The notes: generated by a model not told the origin, from the letters alone. A stretch of 64,000 nucleotides of DNA from an uncultured Alphaproteobacteria bacterium (GCA_943787175.1 CALSLK010000015.1:76788-140787); one strand, 5' to 3'. Counted from the stretch's first letter, positions 1 to 10,531 are shown. Program-made: numbers and translations.

Positions 1-62
1 AGTAGTAACCGGTGTCCGCCGTGCTCTCGAGCTTGACGAGAATAGTGGTCGGTTTTGCCATG
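1..62 (-). CDS. rpmG: 50S ribosomal protein L33, N-terminal 20 codons only; gene runs off the window start
   Basis: Reverse-complement of 1-62 translates MAKPTTILVKLESTADTGYY, matching the conserved L33 N-terminus (MAK.TTIKIKL.STADTG.FY). Not in the ORF track because it is truncated. Confidence 0.55.
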
Positions 63-121
63 GCGTTTTAGTCCTGAAAGAGGGAGGCGGAAGATAGCGG
101 TGATCAGGCCAGTGTCAAGTC

Positions 122-1354
122 TCACGCGCCCTGACCGCGCGCAAGGCGTTTGCCGCGCGTTGCCTGACGCCATGCTGCGAAGAGACCGTACATGAGAACC
201 ACAATAACCAACGAAGACGGGAAACCGCTTGGCCCGGCCTCTTTCATGGCAGTTCCGACGATCAGTGGCCCGACCATTCCGCCAACACCAAACAGGAGTG
301 AGAACACCGCATTGGCACCGATCAGTTCAATGCCCCGGAAGCGCTGACCCAGCAGGGTGATACCCACCGTAAAGATCGCACCCATGGAGCCACCCCACAG
401 GGAGATCATTGCCCACAGTGCAAGAGCATCGAGATGGTACCAGGGTTGAGTTCCCGCATGGACCAGGAAGGGGAACGTGAAGATCGACAGCGCCAACACG
501 AAGACACAGGCGACCAGGAGCCAGCCCCGGTCAAGTTTGTCGGCCAGCCAACCCACTGGATACTGGAAGAAGATCGCGCCAATGGAGCCGACCCAGATGA
601 CGGCATAACCGACCTCGCGGAACTCGTCGCCCAGAACGTCCATGGTGTAGAGATGGGCAAAGTTCTGCATGCCACCCTCGACGACGCCGAACATGGCTGA
701 AGCAAGCAACACGGTTGGCGCCACAAGAAAGATGACCCATAACCGCCCGCCCATGGCATCAAAACCTTCTTCCTGGGAAAGGTTGATGTCGATCTTGCGG
801 GTCGGAATCAACACGGTTGCTGCAATCGCGACAGCCACGAGCCCACAGATAAACGGCCAGATGGACGCGGGATCGAGTTGGGAACCGATAATGGGGCCTA
901 CGGCCCAACCGGCCATACCCACGGTGCTGTAAACACCCAGCCAGCGGCCGCGTACACGATCATCCAGGATCTGGTTGATCCAGGTGTCACCGGCGGTAAA
1001 GAGCATGGAAGCGCCCAGTCCCAGGACAAACCGCAGGACAAGCCAGACCCAATAGTCCCGAAAAAATGGCAGCAGGATCAGCATGGTGGCAACAAGCCCC
1101 AGCCCCAGGACAATGGTTCTGAAGAACCCAAGGCGTGGCATGATGCGGGTCGCCAGAAGCGCAACCACGACAATGCCGGCGAACTGTGCTGCTGCATTGA
1201 TGCTGATCGCGGTCTCGTCAAAACCCTGGTTGCGCAGGTATTCCGAGAGGATTGGCCAGGTGAGTGAACTGGTCGTGGAAACCACAGCCAGTGCGCCGAT
1301 CAGGGCGATCAGGCAGCGAATACGATCCCGGTGGCTCATGGTGACCTCAGACAT
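122..1354 (-). CDS. MFS transporter
   Basis: 410-aa ORF, about 12 predicted hydrophobic helices, typical MFS loop motif (GRWLGVYS, DRGW) in the translated ORF. Confidence 0.8.
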   Translation of the reverse strand: MSEVTMSHRDRIRCLIALIGALAVVSTTSSLTWPILSEYLRNQGFDETAISINAAAQFAGIVVVALLATRIMPRLGFFRTIVLGLGLVATMLILLPFFRDYWVWLVLRFVLGLGASMLFTAGDTWINQILDDRVRGRWLGVYSTVGMAGWAVGPIIGSQLDPASIWPFICGLVAVAIAATVLIPTRKIDINLSQEEGFDAMGGRLWVIFLVAPTVLLASAMFGVVEGGMQNFAHLYTMDVLGDEFREVGYAVIWVGSIGAIFFQYPVGWLADKLDRGWLLVACVFVLALSIFTFPFLVHAGTQPWYHLDALALWAMISLWGGSMGAIFTVGITLLGQRFRGIELIGANAVFSLLFGVGGMVGPLIVGTAMKEAGPSGFPSSLVIVVLMYGLFAAWRQATRGKRLARGQGA

Positions 1355-2039
1355 GGTCTATCCGCTGCCGGTTACGGACATAGCGCAGGAAAGGGACCGA
1401 TTTCTGAAGCTTGCCGGTGAGACGGTCTTGCCAGCGCTCTCGCGCACGGTTCAGAACGAACTCCGTGACATCGACGATGGGTAGGCGGTGGGCGGCATCA
1501 AGCGGGACCCAATGGAGGTCTTCGAGCTCGCCATCCTGGATCAGTTCGCCGCGGGCATCGTTGGCGTCGATCAAGAAAAAGCGGGTGTTGAACCGCTTGT
1601 GCGACATGGTCGGTGTCAGTGCACGTGCGATGTAATCCATGCGCGCCAGGTCGGGCAGGGAGGTCTCTGCGCGTAAAGCGTCCCAGTAAGGCGTGGCAGG
1701 CGCGTGTTCCAGGGCCGCTGCATCGGCGTTTTTCGAGATCAGGAAGCCGGTCTCTTCATGCGTCTCGCGCAGGCCCGCCAGTGCCAGTGCAAGCGTCGGC
1801 GTTGCAGGCGTGTGACGGCGCAGCAGGCGCTCGGTTTCCGGGTGAAGGGCCAGGCCTTCGACAGCCCGGTAATCGGCAGCATCGACCCTGCCGCCCGGAA
1901 AGACATAGATGTTGGGCAGGAAGCTTGCGCGCTTGCGTCGGCGCCCCATCAGGACTTCTGCACCAGAACCTTCACCACGGATCAGCACGACGCTTGCAGC
2001 ATCGCGCGGGCGAACGGGCTTGGACATTTCTTCGGCCAT
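1347..2039 (-). CDS. NUDIX hydrolase
   Basis: 230 aa; Nudix-box-like stretch GGRVDAADYRAVEGLALHPETERLLRRHTPAT and GRRRKRASFLPNIYVFPGG, resembling CoA pyrophosphatase-type NUDIX proteins. 8-nt overlap with the MFS gene. Confidence 0.7.
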   Translation of the reverse strand: MAEEMSKPVRPRDAASVVLIRGEGSGAEVLMGRRRKRASFLPNIYVFPGGRVDAADYRAVEGLALHPETERLLRRHTPATPTLALALAGLRETHEETGFLISKNADAAALEHAPATPYWDALRAETSLPDLARMDYIARALTPTMSHKRFNTRFFLIDANDARGELIQDGELEDLHWVPLDAAHRLPIVDVTEFVLNRARERWQDRLTGKLQKSVPFLRYVRNRQRIDHV

Positions 2040-2119
2040 GGGAACCGCCAGGAAATCAGGAGAGCGCGATGCTGTCTGTTGACCCCGGCAAAGTCAAAGG
2101 CAGCTGCTGGAAACAGGCG

Positions 2120-2383
2120 TCAGCTCAGAATGGTGCGTCCCACCTGGGTCAGACGACAGACCAGCCAGTCAGGTTTGATCGGGTTGGCGACCCACGGTTC
2201 TGCCCAGCCCTGACGGATACAGCTCTTGATCGTGCGTGGGTCAATCTCGCGACCTTCCTCGTCGAACAGCGGGAGCTTGCCACCAGCCTGATCGAGGCCG
2301 CGTTCCAGCCAGCGCTTTTGCACTGGCGAAGGCCGAACCTGTTCGTTGCGTGGCTCGGCACGAGCCGCAGAATTTACCGCCAT
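2120..2383 (-). CDS. small conserved hypothetical protein (87 aa)
   Basis: ORF between the NUDIX gene and rnr; basic/Trp-rich sequence KRWLERGLDQAGGKLPLFDEEGREIDPRTIKSCIRQGWAEPW; no family recognised from sequence alone. Confidence 0.35.
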   Translation of the reverse strand: MAVNSAARAEPRNEQVRPSPVQKRWLERGLDQAGGKLPLFDEEGREIDPRTIKSCIRQGWAEPWVANPIKPDWLVCRLTQVGRTILS

Positions 2384-2466
2384 GATGTACCCCCTGAATG
2401 TGATCGCTTGTCGATCACACCAAATCTCATTGTACGCCGAAACACTTCAATCGCCAATCGGGCTGA

Positions 2467-4704
2467 TCAGCGGCGCTTTGGCTTGCCGCGTCCCTTGTGG
2501 CGGCGCGGACCGTCGTGGCGTGCGCCACCACGCGCGCCGCGTTGTGCAACACCACCTTCAACCAGATCGAATCCGACCGTGGCGCTGACCGGGTCTGCTT
2601 CCACCAGGGAGACGACAACGGGATCACCAAGGCGATAGACAACACCGTGCCCTTCCAGTTCATGGCGGTCTTCATGATGTCGGAAAGGTCCGCCGGGCAG
2701 GCGGCGTGCTGGCAGCAAACCATCGGCCTGAACGCTGTCCAGGCGCACGAAGACGCCAAAGCGGCCGACTCCCACAATCTTGCCAGCTTCCTCTGTGCCA
2801 AGTCGTTCGGCGAGATACTCGGAAAGGTAGCGATCCATGGCGTCACGTTCGGCCTTCATGGCACGGCGTTCTGTTGCCGATAGATGCACGCCCATCTTGT
2901 CGAACCCGGCATCGGCATCTTCGGGCAGGCCGCCGGGGCCAAGCCGCAGGCTGCGAATCAGGGCGCGATGCACAAGCACATCGGCATAACGCCGGATGGG
3001 AGATGTGAAGTGGCAATAGTTCACGAGGCCCAGACCAAAATGGCCGATATTGCCGGGTGCATACTGGGCTTGCGACTGACTGCGCAAAACAGCTTCGTTC
3101 ACCGCATCCTTGTTGTCGGTGTCGACCACGCTTTTGAGGATCTGGGCAAAATCAGCCGGCCGCAATTGCGGTGACTTGCGCAGGGAAAGCCCGATACCCT
3201 GCAGGTATTCCCGCAGGTTGTGGGCTTTCTCCGGCGTGGGCTGATCGTGAATCCGGTACATCACAGGCATGTTGCGTTCGGCGAGTTGATTGGCTGATGC
3301 GACATTGGCCGCGATCATCAACTCCTCGATCATCTTGTGACTGTCATGACGCTGGCGCAGCGTGATCTCGGCAATCTTGCCATCCTCACCAATGCGAACC
3401 TTGCGTTCCGGCTTGTCGATGTCGAGCGCGCCGCGCTCCAGGCGGGCCTGACGCAAAGCATGATAAACGCCATAGAGATTTTCGATGACATCGGGGGCCA
3501 GTGCGGAGGTCTTGTCACAGGGATTACCGTCCTGGTGGGCCTGGACTTCATCGTAGGTCAGGCGCGCTGCCGAACGCATGAGCCCGCGTACAAACTGCCA
3601 TTTCTGTAGCTTGCCTGTTTTGCCGATCCAGAGATGCGCGGCCATGCAGGCGCGATCTTCGCCGGGGCGCAGGGAGCAGAGATCGTTGGAGAGGCGCTCG
3701 GGAAGCATCGGCACGACCCGGTCGGGGAAGTAGCATGAATTACCGCGCTGGAAACCGTTGCGGTCAAGTTCGCTGCCGGGGCGGACATAGTGGGCAACAT
3801 CAGCAATCGCAACGATGGCATGCCACGCCGCGCCATGCTCATCGGTGGGTTCGGCAAACACCCCATCGTCGAAATCACGGGCGTCAATATCATCGACCGT
3901 TATCAGCGGAATGGCGCGCAGGTCTTTGCGTTTACCCAGCTCTGTGACCGGGACAGCCTGTTCTGCTTCTGCGATAACGGCATCGGGAAACTTTGTTGGA
4001 ATTCCATGCGTGGCGATGGCCACAAGGCTGATGGCGTCGGTGTCACCCCATTTGCCGATGCGGCGTACAATCCGTGCGGGAATGGGACCAAACCGTTTGG
4101 CGGAGAGAGGCTCGGCAAGAACGAGATCGCCGTCTTCCACCGTGATGCCGGGCTCGATTTGGGCATGATATTCTTTGGCAAGGCGCCTGTCGGTCGGCTG
4201 GATGCGGTCGCCTTGCGGGGTCTTGCGAAACACACCGACAATCTGTTCGGCGTCCTTGTCCATAATCCGTCGTACACGCCCATCATAGCTGCCATCGGGG
4301 AGCTTGCGCAGGTTGACGATGGCGCGCTGGCCGATCCCCGGAGCGGGATAGGTGTGTCGGCCGTGCATGGGCTTGAGTGTGATCTTGGGAGCAGCGCCAT
4401 CAGCGTGCCACATGACGGGTTCGGCAATGGCCTGGCCCTCGTCATCAAGCTGAGTCACTTCGACAAGAAGCTCAGCGGGCAGATCACCTGCCACCTGGAG
4501 GCGTTTGCCCGCGGCGCGCCCGATGACACCTTCATCCTTCAACTCACGAATGAGATTGTTGAGGGCGGCGCGTTCCGGGCCACCCTTGACGCCGAAGGCG
4601 CGGGCGATTTCACGTTTGCCCACACGGCCTGGATTCTCGGCAATATAGGCGAGCAGTTGGTCGCGCGAGGGCAAGCCCCCGCTGTCAGGTCTCTTCTTAG
4701 CCAT
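2467..4704 (-). CDS. rnr: ribonuclease R (VacB)
   Basis: RNB catalytic core plus a C-terminal basic tail in the translated ORF. The true start is most likely the internal MAKKRPDSGGLPSRDQLLAYIAENPG Met (codon at 4702-4704), two nt after the topA stop. The upstream 62 codons of the track ORF are the topA tail read in another frame. Confidence 0.9.
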   Translation of the reverse strand: MAKKRPDSGGLPSRDQLLAYIAENPGRVGKREIARAFGVKGGPERAALNNLIRELKDEGVIGRAAGKRLQVAGDLPAELLVEVTQLDDEGQAIAEPVMWHADGAAPKITLKPMHGRHTYPAPGIGQRAIVNLRKLPDGSYDGRVRRIMDKDAEQIVGVFRKTPQGDRIQPTDRRLAKEYHAQIEPGITVEDGDLVLAEPLSAKRFGPIPARIVRRIGKWGDTDAISLVAIATHGIPTKFPDAVIAEAEQAVPVTELGKRKDLRAIPLITVDDIDARDFDDGVFAEPTDEHGAAWHAIVAIADVAHYVRPGSELDRNGFQRGNSCYFPDRVVPMLPERLSNDLCSLRPGEDRACMAAHLWIGKTGKLQKWQFVRGLMRSAARLTYDEVQAHQDGNPCDKTSALAPDVIENLYGVYHALRQARLERGALDIDKPERKVRIGEDGKIAEITLRQRHDSHKMIEELMIAANVASANQLAERNMPVMYRIHDQPTPEKAHNLREYLQGIGLSLRKSPQLRPADFAQILKSVVDTDNKDAVNEAVLRSQSQAQYAPGNIGHFGLGLVNYCHFTSPIRRYADVLVHRALIRSLRLGPGGLPEDADAGFDKMGVHLSATERRAMKAERDAMDRYLSEYLAERLGTEEAGKIVGVGRFGVFVRLDSVQADGLLPARRLPGGPFRHHEDRHELEGHGVVYRLGDPVVVSLVEADPVSATVGFDLVEGGVAQRGARGGARHDGPRRHKGRGKPKRR

Positions 4705-7402
4705 CGCTCGCCACGGCCTTTTTTGCTGCCTTCTTTGCCGGGCTCTTCTTCTTTGCAGCTTTCTTCTTTGCTGCCTTCTTCTTTGCTGCCTTCTTCTTGG
4801 CAGGTGCTTTCTTGGCAGCCTTTTTGGCCGGGGCTTTCTTGGCACCCTTGGCTTCGAGTTTCTTGGCCAACAGCTCCAGCGCCATTTCAAGGGTCATGTC
4901 TTCGGGCTCAACACCCTTGGGCAGGGACGCAAAGACCCGCTTGTGGGCGACGTAGGGACCGTAGCGTCCCTTTTTCACCTCGATGACGACCTTGTCATCG
5001 GGATGTTCGCCCAGAACCTTGAGCGGCGGTGCAGCGCGTCCACGACCACCACCTTTGGCGACGTTTTCTGCAATGACCGTCACGGCACGGTTGAGTCCAA
5101 TAGTCAGAACATCGTCGTCCTTGGGCAGGGAGACGTATTTGGGACCGTGTTTGAGATAAGGCCCAAAGCGACCAATGCCGGCAAGGACCGTTTCGTTGTC
5201 CTCGGGATGTTTCCCGATATCGCGAGGCAGGGCCAGCAGACGCAGCGCGATCTCCAGATCGACCTGATCGGGTGGCAGGTCCTTGGGCACGGCAATACGC
5301 GGTGGTTTGGTTTTACCTTCGGGCTCACCCTTCTGGATGTAGAGGCCATAGGGGCCACGACGCAGCGTGACGGCCAGACCGGTTTCTGGATCATCGCCCA
5401 GATGTTTGGGGCCATCGGCAGCGGTCGTATCGGCGCCATCATCACCTGCGACAAGCTGACGGGTGTAGCGGCAATCGGGATAGTTCGAACAGCCAAGGAA
5501 GGCACCGAACTTGCCCAGTTTGAGGCCGACATTGCCACCTTCGCACAGCGGGCATCCGCGTGGACTGGGGCTTCCATCGGGGCCCTTAGGGAAGATGTGA
5601 TCTTCCAGAACCTTCTCGATTTTGGCCAGAACGGTCGGACGTTCCAGCTCGCCGGCTTCTTCTATCGCGATGTGGAAGGCGCTCCAGAAGTCACGCAGTA
5701 CCTGCTTCCAGTTTTCATCGCCATTCGAAACGCGGTCGAGTTCCTGCTCCAGGCTCGCCGTGAAACCATATTCCACATAGTTGGGAAAGAAGGATTCAAG
5801 GAAGGCTGTTACCAGACGTCCACGGTCCTGTGGTATGAAACGCTTCTTGTCGAGCACGACATAATCACGGTCCTGCAGCACACCGATGATCGAGGCATAG
5901 GTCGAAGGTCGCCCGATGCCGAGTTCTTCCATGCGTTTGACGAGGCTGGCTTCGGTGTAACGCGGCGGTGGCTCGGTGAAATGCTGATCGTGGCGTACGT
6001 CTCCGGTGCCAAGCTGCTCACCTTCCTTGACGTCGGGCAGGCGGCGCTCGTTGTCATCATCTTCGTCATCGCTGGGATCATCGCGATCCTCTCGATAGAG
6101 ACGCATGAAACCATCGAATGCAACGACCGAGCCGGTAGCGCGCAGGACGACGTCGTTCTTGGGCGTGGCGATATCGACACCAACCTGGTCGAGCAGCGCA
6201 TGCTCCATCTGGCTTGCCAGAGCGCGTTTCCAGATCAGCTCATAAAGACGCCGTCCATCGTCATCGAGATGGGAGGCCATTTCCTTGGGCGTACGCTCAA
6301 AACCGGTTGGCCTGATTGCCTCATGGGCCTCCTGGGCGTTGCGGGTCGAGGACTTAAACAGGCGCGGCTTCTCGGGCAGGTAGCGATCGCCGAACTCGCT
6401 TTTGATCAGGTCACGCGCGCCGTCAATGGCGGTCTGGGACAGGACAACACTGTCGGTACGCATATAGGTGATGAGGCCTACGGTCTCACCACCCAGATCG
6501 ATGCCTTCATAAAGCTTCTGCGCAACCTGCATGGTGCGGCGTGCGCCAAACCCCAGCTTGCGCGAGGCTTCCTGCTGCAGTGTCGAGGTGATGAACGGTG
6601 GTTGCGGATTGCGTTTGACCTGCTTGCGGTCGACTTTTGCGACGCTGAAGCTGCCTTCACGCACGCGCCGGGCGGCGGCTTCCGCACTGGTGCGGTTGCC
6701 CAGGGCGAACTTGTCGAGCTTGGTGCCATCGAGCTGCGTCAGGCGGCCAACGACCTTTCCGCCGACATCTTTTAAAAAGTCTGCTTCGACGGTCCAGTAT
6801 TCCTGGGGAATAAAGGCCTCGATCTCAGCTTCACGGACACAGATCAAACGCAGCGCAACCGATTGCACGCGGCCGGCTGACCGGCTGCCGGGAAGCTTGC
6901 GCCAGAGTACCGGTGAGAGGTTGAAGCCGACGAGGTAATCGAGCGCACGGCGTGCCTGTTGCGCGTTGACCATGTCCATATCGATCTGACGTGGATTGGC
7001 GACGGCATCACGCACTGCGTTTTTGGTGATTTCGTGGAACACCACACGAGAAATCGCCTTGCCTTTGACGGCACCTTTTTCTGTAAGCCAGTTGAGCACG
7101 TGCCAGGAGATCGCTTCACCTTCGCGATCCGGATCAGTCGCCAGAACAAGACTGTCGGCACCGCGCAGGGCATCGGAAATCGCTTTGAGCGGTTTCCGGG
7201 CGCGATCACCGGTCTCATAGATCATTTCGAAGTCTCTGTCGGGAAGGACCGAGCCATCCTTGGGCGGCAGATCGCTTACATGACCATAGCTGGCCAGGAC
7301 TGTGTAGTCGCTACCCAGGTACTTTTCGATCGTCTTGGCTTTGGCTGGCGACTCAACGACAACGACGTGCATAGGGCGCCTCTGGAACAACGTGAAGGAC
7401 AA
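4697..7402 (-). CDS. topA: DNA topoisomerase I with a lysine/alanine-rich C-terminal tail
   Basis: 901 aa; Toprim N-terminus MHVVVVESPAKAKTIEKYLG; topo IA core; C4 zinc-ribbon-like CPLCEGG...CSNYPDC; C-terminal (AKK/AAKKK)n repeats. Confidence 0.95.
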   Translation of the reverse strand: MSFTLFQRRPMHVVVVESPAKAKTIEKYLGSDYTVLASYGHVSDLPPKDGSVLPDRDFEMIYETGDRARKPLKAISDALRGADSLVLATDPDREGEAISWHVLNWLTEKGAVKGKAISRVVFHEITKNAVRDAVANPRQIDMDMVNAQQARRALDYLVGFNLSPVLWRKLPGSRSAGRVQSVALRLICVREAEIEAFIPQEYWTVEADFLKDVGGKVVGRLTQLDGTKLDKFALGNRTSAEAAARRVREGSFSVAKVDRKQVKRNPQPPFITSTLQQEASRKLGFGARRTMQVAQKLYEGIDLGGETVGLITYMRTDSVVLSQTAIDGARDLIKSEFGDRYLPEKPRLFKSSTRNAQEAHEAIRPTGFERTPKEMASHLDDDGRRLYELIWKRALASQMEHALLDQVGVDIATPKNDVVLRATGSVVAFDGFMRLYREDRDDPSDDEDDDNERRLPDVKEGEQLGTGDVRHDQHFTEPPPRYTEASLVKRMEELGIGRPSTYASIIGVLQDRDYVVLDKKRFIPQDRGRLVTAFLESFFPNYVEYGFTASLEQELDRVSNGDENWKQVLRDFWSAFHIAIEEAGELERPTVLAKIEKVLEDHIFPKGPDGSPSPRGCPLCEGGNVGLKLGKFGAFLGCSNYPDCRYTRQLVAGDDGADTTAADGPKHLGDDPETGLAVTLRRGPYGLYIQKGEPEGKTKPPRIAVPKDLPPDQVDLEIALRLLALPRDIGKHPEDNETVLAGIGRFGPYLKHGPKYVSLPKDDDVLTIGLNRAVTVIAENVAKGGGRGRAAPPLKVLGEHPDDKVVIEVKKGRYGPYVAHKRVFASLPKGVEPEDMTLEMALELLAKKLEAKGAKKAPAKKAAKKAPAKKKAAKKKAAKKKAAKKKSPAKKAAKKAVASDG

Positions 7403-7418
7403 AGAATAGGGGCCGCGA

Positions 7419-8543
7419 TCATCGCGAAATCAAGGAAATCCTGTTTCCCGGATGCCGTTCGACACGGCCCGCAAGCTCGAGTTCCAGCAACAAAATCTGG
7501 GCCTCAGACGCAGTTACTTGGCACCGGCGTACCAGTTCGTCAACCTCGACTGGCGTCGCTCCCAGGGCGGAAAGCACTCTTTGCTGCGCATCCTGGCTTG
7601 GTGGAGGATCGTCTGGAATCGGGCCGAAATCGAAACCTTCGGGCTCGGGCTCATGGGGTTGAATCGGAATTGAACGGCCAGGTTCACGAAGCAGGGAAAG
7701 AACGTCTTCGGTACTCTCCACCAGTGCCGCTCCATCCTTGATCAGACGGTTCGGCCCCCTGGCCCTGGGATCACCCGGACTGCCTGGAATGGCAAAGACA
7801 TCGCGGCCGTTTTCTGCGGCCAGGCGCGCGGTGATCAACGCACCGGACCGTTCGGTCGCCTCAACAACCACAACGCCCAATGCCAGGCCGGCAACGATAC
7901 GGTTGCGGCGGGGGAAGTGCCCTGATCGTGGGGTAAGCCCCAGGGGCTGATCGCATAGCAGCAATCCTTGCTCGGCAATGGATTGGTAGAGTGATGCGTT
8001 TTCAGGCGGATAAATGTTGTCGATGCCGCCGGCCAGAACCGCGATGGTGCCAGTTGCCAGCGAACCGTGGTGCGAGGCTGTGTCGATGCCGCGTGCAAGG
8101 CCTGAAACCACGACGTAACCGGCTTCACCAAGTTCACGTGCCATGGATTCTGCAAAACGTCGCCCGGCAGCTGATGCATTGCGTGCGCCGACCATGCCGA
8201 CCATGGGGCGCGACAGCAGAGTCGGGTCTCCTAACGCGGTAAGGACAGGAGGAGGGTCGTAGATCTGGTTAAGCAGCTCGGGATAGGTGGAGTCATCGCT
8301 GGCAATGAGCACCCCTCCCAGTTTTGAAAGCGCGGCTACTTCGGCGGCAACGCTCTCCGGGTCGGGTGCCTTGATGGCCCTGCTTCGTCCTCCTCGCCTT
8401 GTCATCTCAGGCAAGGCTTCAAGCGCTGCTTCCGGTGAACCAAAGCGACGTACCAGCGCTTGATAAGTGCGGGAACCTACATTCTCCGCGCGGGCAAGCC
8501 GAAGGCGTGCAATCAGACCATCACGGTCTGCACGTGGCGTCAT
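7419..8543 (-). CDS. dprA: DNA processing protein DprA (Smf)
   Basis: 374 aa; Rossmann-like DprA core (GMVGARNASAAG...VVVSGLARGIDTASH) and C-terminal winged-helix region. Confidence 0.9.
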   Translation of the reverse strand: MTPRADRDGLIARLRLARAENVGSRTYQALVRRFGSPEAALEALPEMTRRGGRSRAIKAPDPESVAAEVAALSKLGGVLIASDDSTYPELLNQIYDPPPVLTALGDPTLLSRPMVGMVGARNASAAGRRFAESMARELGEAGYVVVSGLARGIDTASHHGSLATGTIAVLAGGIDNIYPPENASLYQSIAEQGLLLCDQPLGLTPRSGHFPRRNRIVAGLALGVVVVEATERSGALITARLAAENGRDVFAIPGSPGDPRARGPNRLIKDGAALVESTEDVLSLLREPGRSIPIQPHEPEPEGFDFGPIPDDPPPSQDAQQRVLSALGATPVEVDELVRRCQVTASEAQILLLELELAGRVERHPGNRISLISR

Positions 8544-9214
8544 GTTTTCTTGCCGATGCGCGGCTCTTCACCTCTGAACAGGCGCAGGATGTTGCTGTGG
8601 TGTTTGATGATGATGAGCAGAGCGATCAGAGCAGCAGTCTGTGCGTACTGCACGTCATGGGTGACGAACCAGATGGCTATGGGGGCCGAGGCAGCGGCTG
8701 CGATGCTCGCCAATGACGAAATGCGGATCACTGCCGCAAGGACCACCCAGACCACCAGAGCAATCAGCCCCGCGGGCCAGGCAAGAGCCAGCATGACGCC
8801 CAACCCCGCTGCGATTCCCTTGCCGCCACGAAAGCGCAACCAGACCGAAAATAGGTGGCCGACGATCACCATGAACGCTGCGATCACGGCAAAATCGGGA
8901 CCGCCATAATACTGGCCGATCAGGACGGCTGCTGCTCCCTTTCCGGTATCAAGCAGGAGCGTTGCGGCTGCCAGGGTCTTGTTGCCCGTACGCAAGACAT
9001 TTGTTGCTCCGATACTGCCCGAACCAATCTTGCGAATGTCGCCTTGCCCGGCCAGCCGCGTAAGGATCAGGCCAAAGGGGATCGAACCCATCAGATAGGC
9101 AACGAGAGCACACAGAGCATAGGGCCAGAGGAATGGCAGGGCCTCGATAGACAGGATGCGGTCATCGAACACGTCAGAGCGTCTCCAGCACGGAACCAAC
9201 GGCCACGATGCCAT
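8540..9214 (-). CDS. plsY: glycerol-3-phosphate acyltransferase PlsY
   Basis: 224 aa membrane protein with GSIPFGLILTRLAGQGDIRKIGSGSIGATNVLRTGNK; ATGA overlap with dprA start. Confidence 0.85.
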   Translation of the reverse strand: MASWPLVPCWRRSDVFDDRILSIEALPFLWPYALCALVAYLMGSIPFGLILTRLAGQGDIRKIGSGSIGATNVLRTGNKTLAAATLLLDTGKGAAAVLIGQYYGGPDFAVIAAFMVIVGHLFSVWLRFRGGKGIAAGLGVMLALAWPAGLIALVVWVVLAAVIRISSLASIAAAASAPIAIWFVTHDVQYAQTAALIALLIIIKHHSNILRLFRGEEPRIGKKT

Positions 9215-9253
9215 GCCATACGACAGGTCACCACCCTGAAGTCGGGTTCGTGG

Positions 9254-10531
9254 TTATCCCTCTGACGAAAGGTCGAAAACCGTGCGGCCGCTGATGACGG
9301 TTCGGACTGCGCGCCCCTGTACCGGGCGGCCATCGAAGGGAGAGTTCTTCGACTTGCTCTGGAAGGCCTTGGAATCGATCCGCCACGGTGCTTCAAGGTC
9401 AATCAGAACCAGGTCGGCAGGCCCATCCTTGGCCAGTCTTCCGGCCCTGAGTTTAAGCAGGTCTGCCGGTGCGCTGGTCACCGTTTCCAGCGCGCGGGCA
9501 AGCGTCAGGTGTTCGTTGTGCACCAACTCCAGAACGAGCGGCAGCATGGTCTCAAGGCCAACGATGCCAAAGGCCGCCTGGACGAATGGCTGGCGTTTGC
9601 TGTCCTGATCGTGGGGCGCATGGTCGCTGGCGATGGCATCGATGGCGCCGTCCCTTAGCCCCGCGACCACGGCCTGGCGATCATCTTCCGAACGCAAAGG
9701 TGGCGCGCACCTTGGCAAAGGTGAGGTAGTCGCCCACCGCGTTTTCGTTGAGCGCGACATAGTGCGGAGCGGTATCGGCCGTCACGCGGACACCACGTGC
9801 CTTGGCCCTGCGCACGATGTCGATGGTTTCTGCTGTCGTGACGTGCGCCAGATGCAGGCGTCCGCCGGTCATCTCTGCCAGGCGTACATCGCGCGCAGCC
9901 ATGATGGCTTCGCTTTCGGGTGCCATGCCGGGCAAGCCCAGGCGCGTCGAAATCTCGCCGCTGTTCATGGCGCCGGAACCCGACAGGTTCATGTCTTCGG
10001 GTGGTGAATGAACATGGCATCGAAGATCGTGCCGTAGGAAAGGGCGCGGCGCAGGACGTTGGCGTTCATAATGGTGTTGAGGCCATCGGAGAAGGCAACG
10101 GCACCGGCTTCCTGCAGCAAACCGATTTCGGTCAGCTGTTCGCCTTTGCGCGCCCTGGTGATGGCGGCGATGGGGTGCACCTTGACCAGCGAGGTCTCGC
10201 GCGCGCGGCGTTCGATGAAGTGGACCAGCGCAACATCGTCGATCGGCGGATTGGTGCTGGGCATGCAGGCGATCGTGGTGATGCCGCCAACCGCTGCCGA
10301 CCGGCTGCCGCTATGGATGGTTTCCTGATGTTCGAATACCGGGCTCGCGCAGATGCGCGCGCATGTCGACCAGACCCGGAGCCAGAACCAGGCCTCTTGC
10401 GTCGATCTGCTCGATGTCTTCGGCCAAGCGCTCTGCCGTGATATGGCGCCCAGATCCGCGATGTTGTCGCCGTCTGAGATCAAGCCGCCGATCTTCGTCG
10501 AGGCCGCTGGCAGGGATCGACAAGCGTGCAT
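9254..10531 (-). pseudogene. pyrC: dihydroorotase (pyrC), reading frame interrupted at least four times
   Basis: Dihydroorotase segments appear in three minus-strand frames: N-terminal [13 protein letters not shown] / [14 protein letters not shown] / [23 protein letters not shown], central CMPSTNPPIDD, C-terminal AIDAIASDHAPHDQDSKRQPF...GLETMLPLVL. TGAATG junction with the pyrB stop. Confidence 0.7.

Noticed and set aside
4705-4890. Highly basic RRQQRRRQQRRKLQRRRARQRR N-terminal extension of the rnr track ORF.
   Set aside because: It is the topA Lys/Ala tail region read in another frame on the same strand. The conserved RNase R sequence starts at the internal Met (MAKKRPDSG) 2 nt after the topA stop.
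4943-6775. 610-aa plus-strand ORF antisense to topA. Similar long antisense ORFs: 3790-4986 opposite rnr, 14923-16566 opposite gatB, 16746-18254 opposite the fused PLP gene, 24573-25313 opposite ilvD, 26087-27109 opposite the PPC protein, 31837-32664 opposite xthA, 35338-36831 opposite the hydrolase.
   Set aside because: Typical stop-codon-poor antisense frames of high-GC DNA. Their translations are low-complexity Arg/Gly/Ala-rich with no recognisable domains. The opposite strand in each case carries a well-supported conserved gene.
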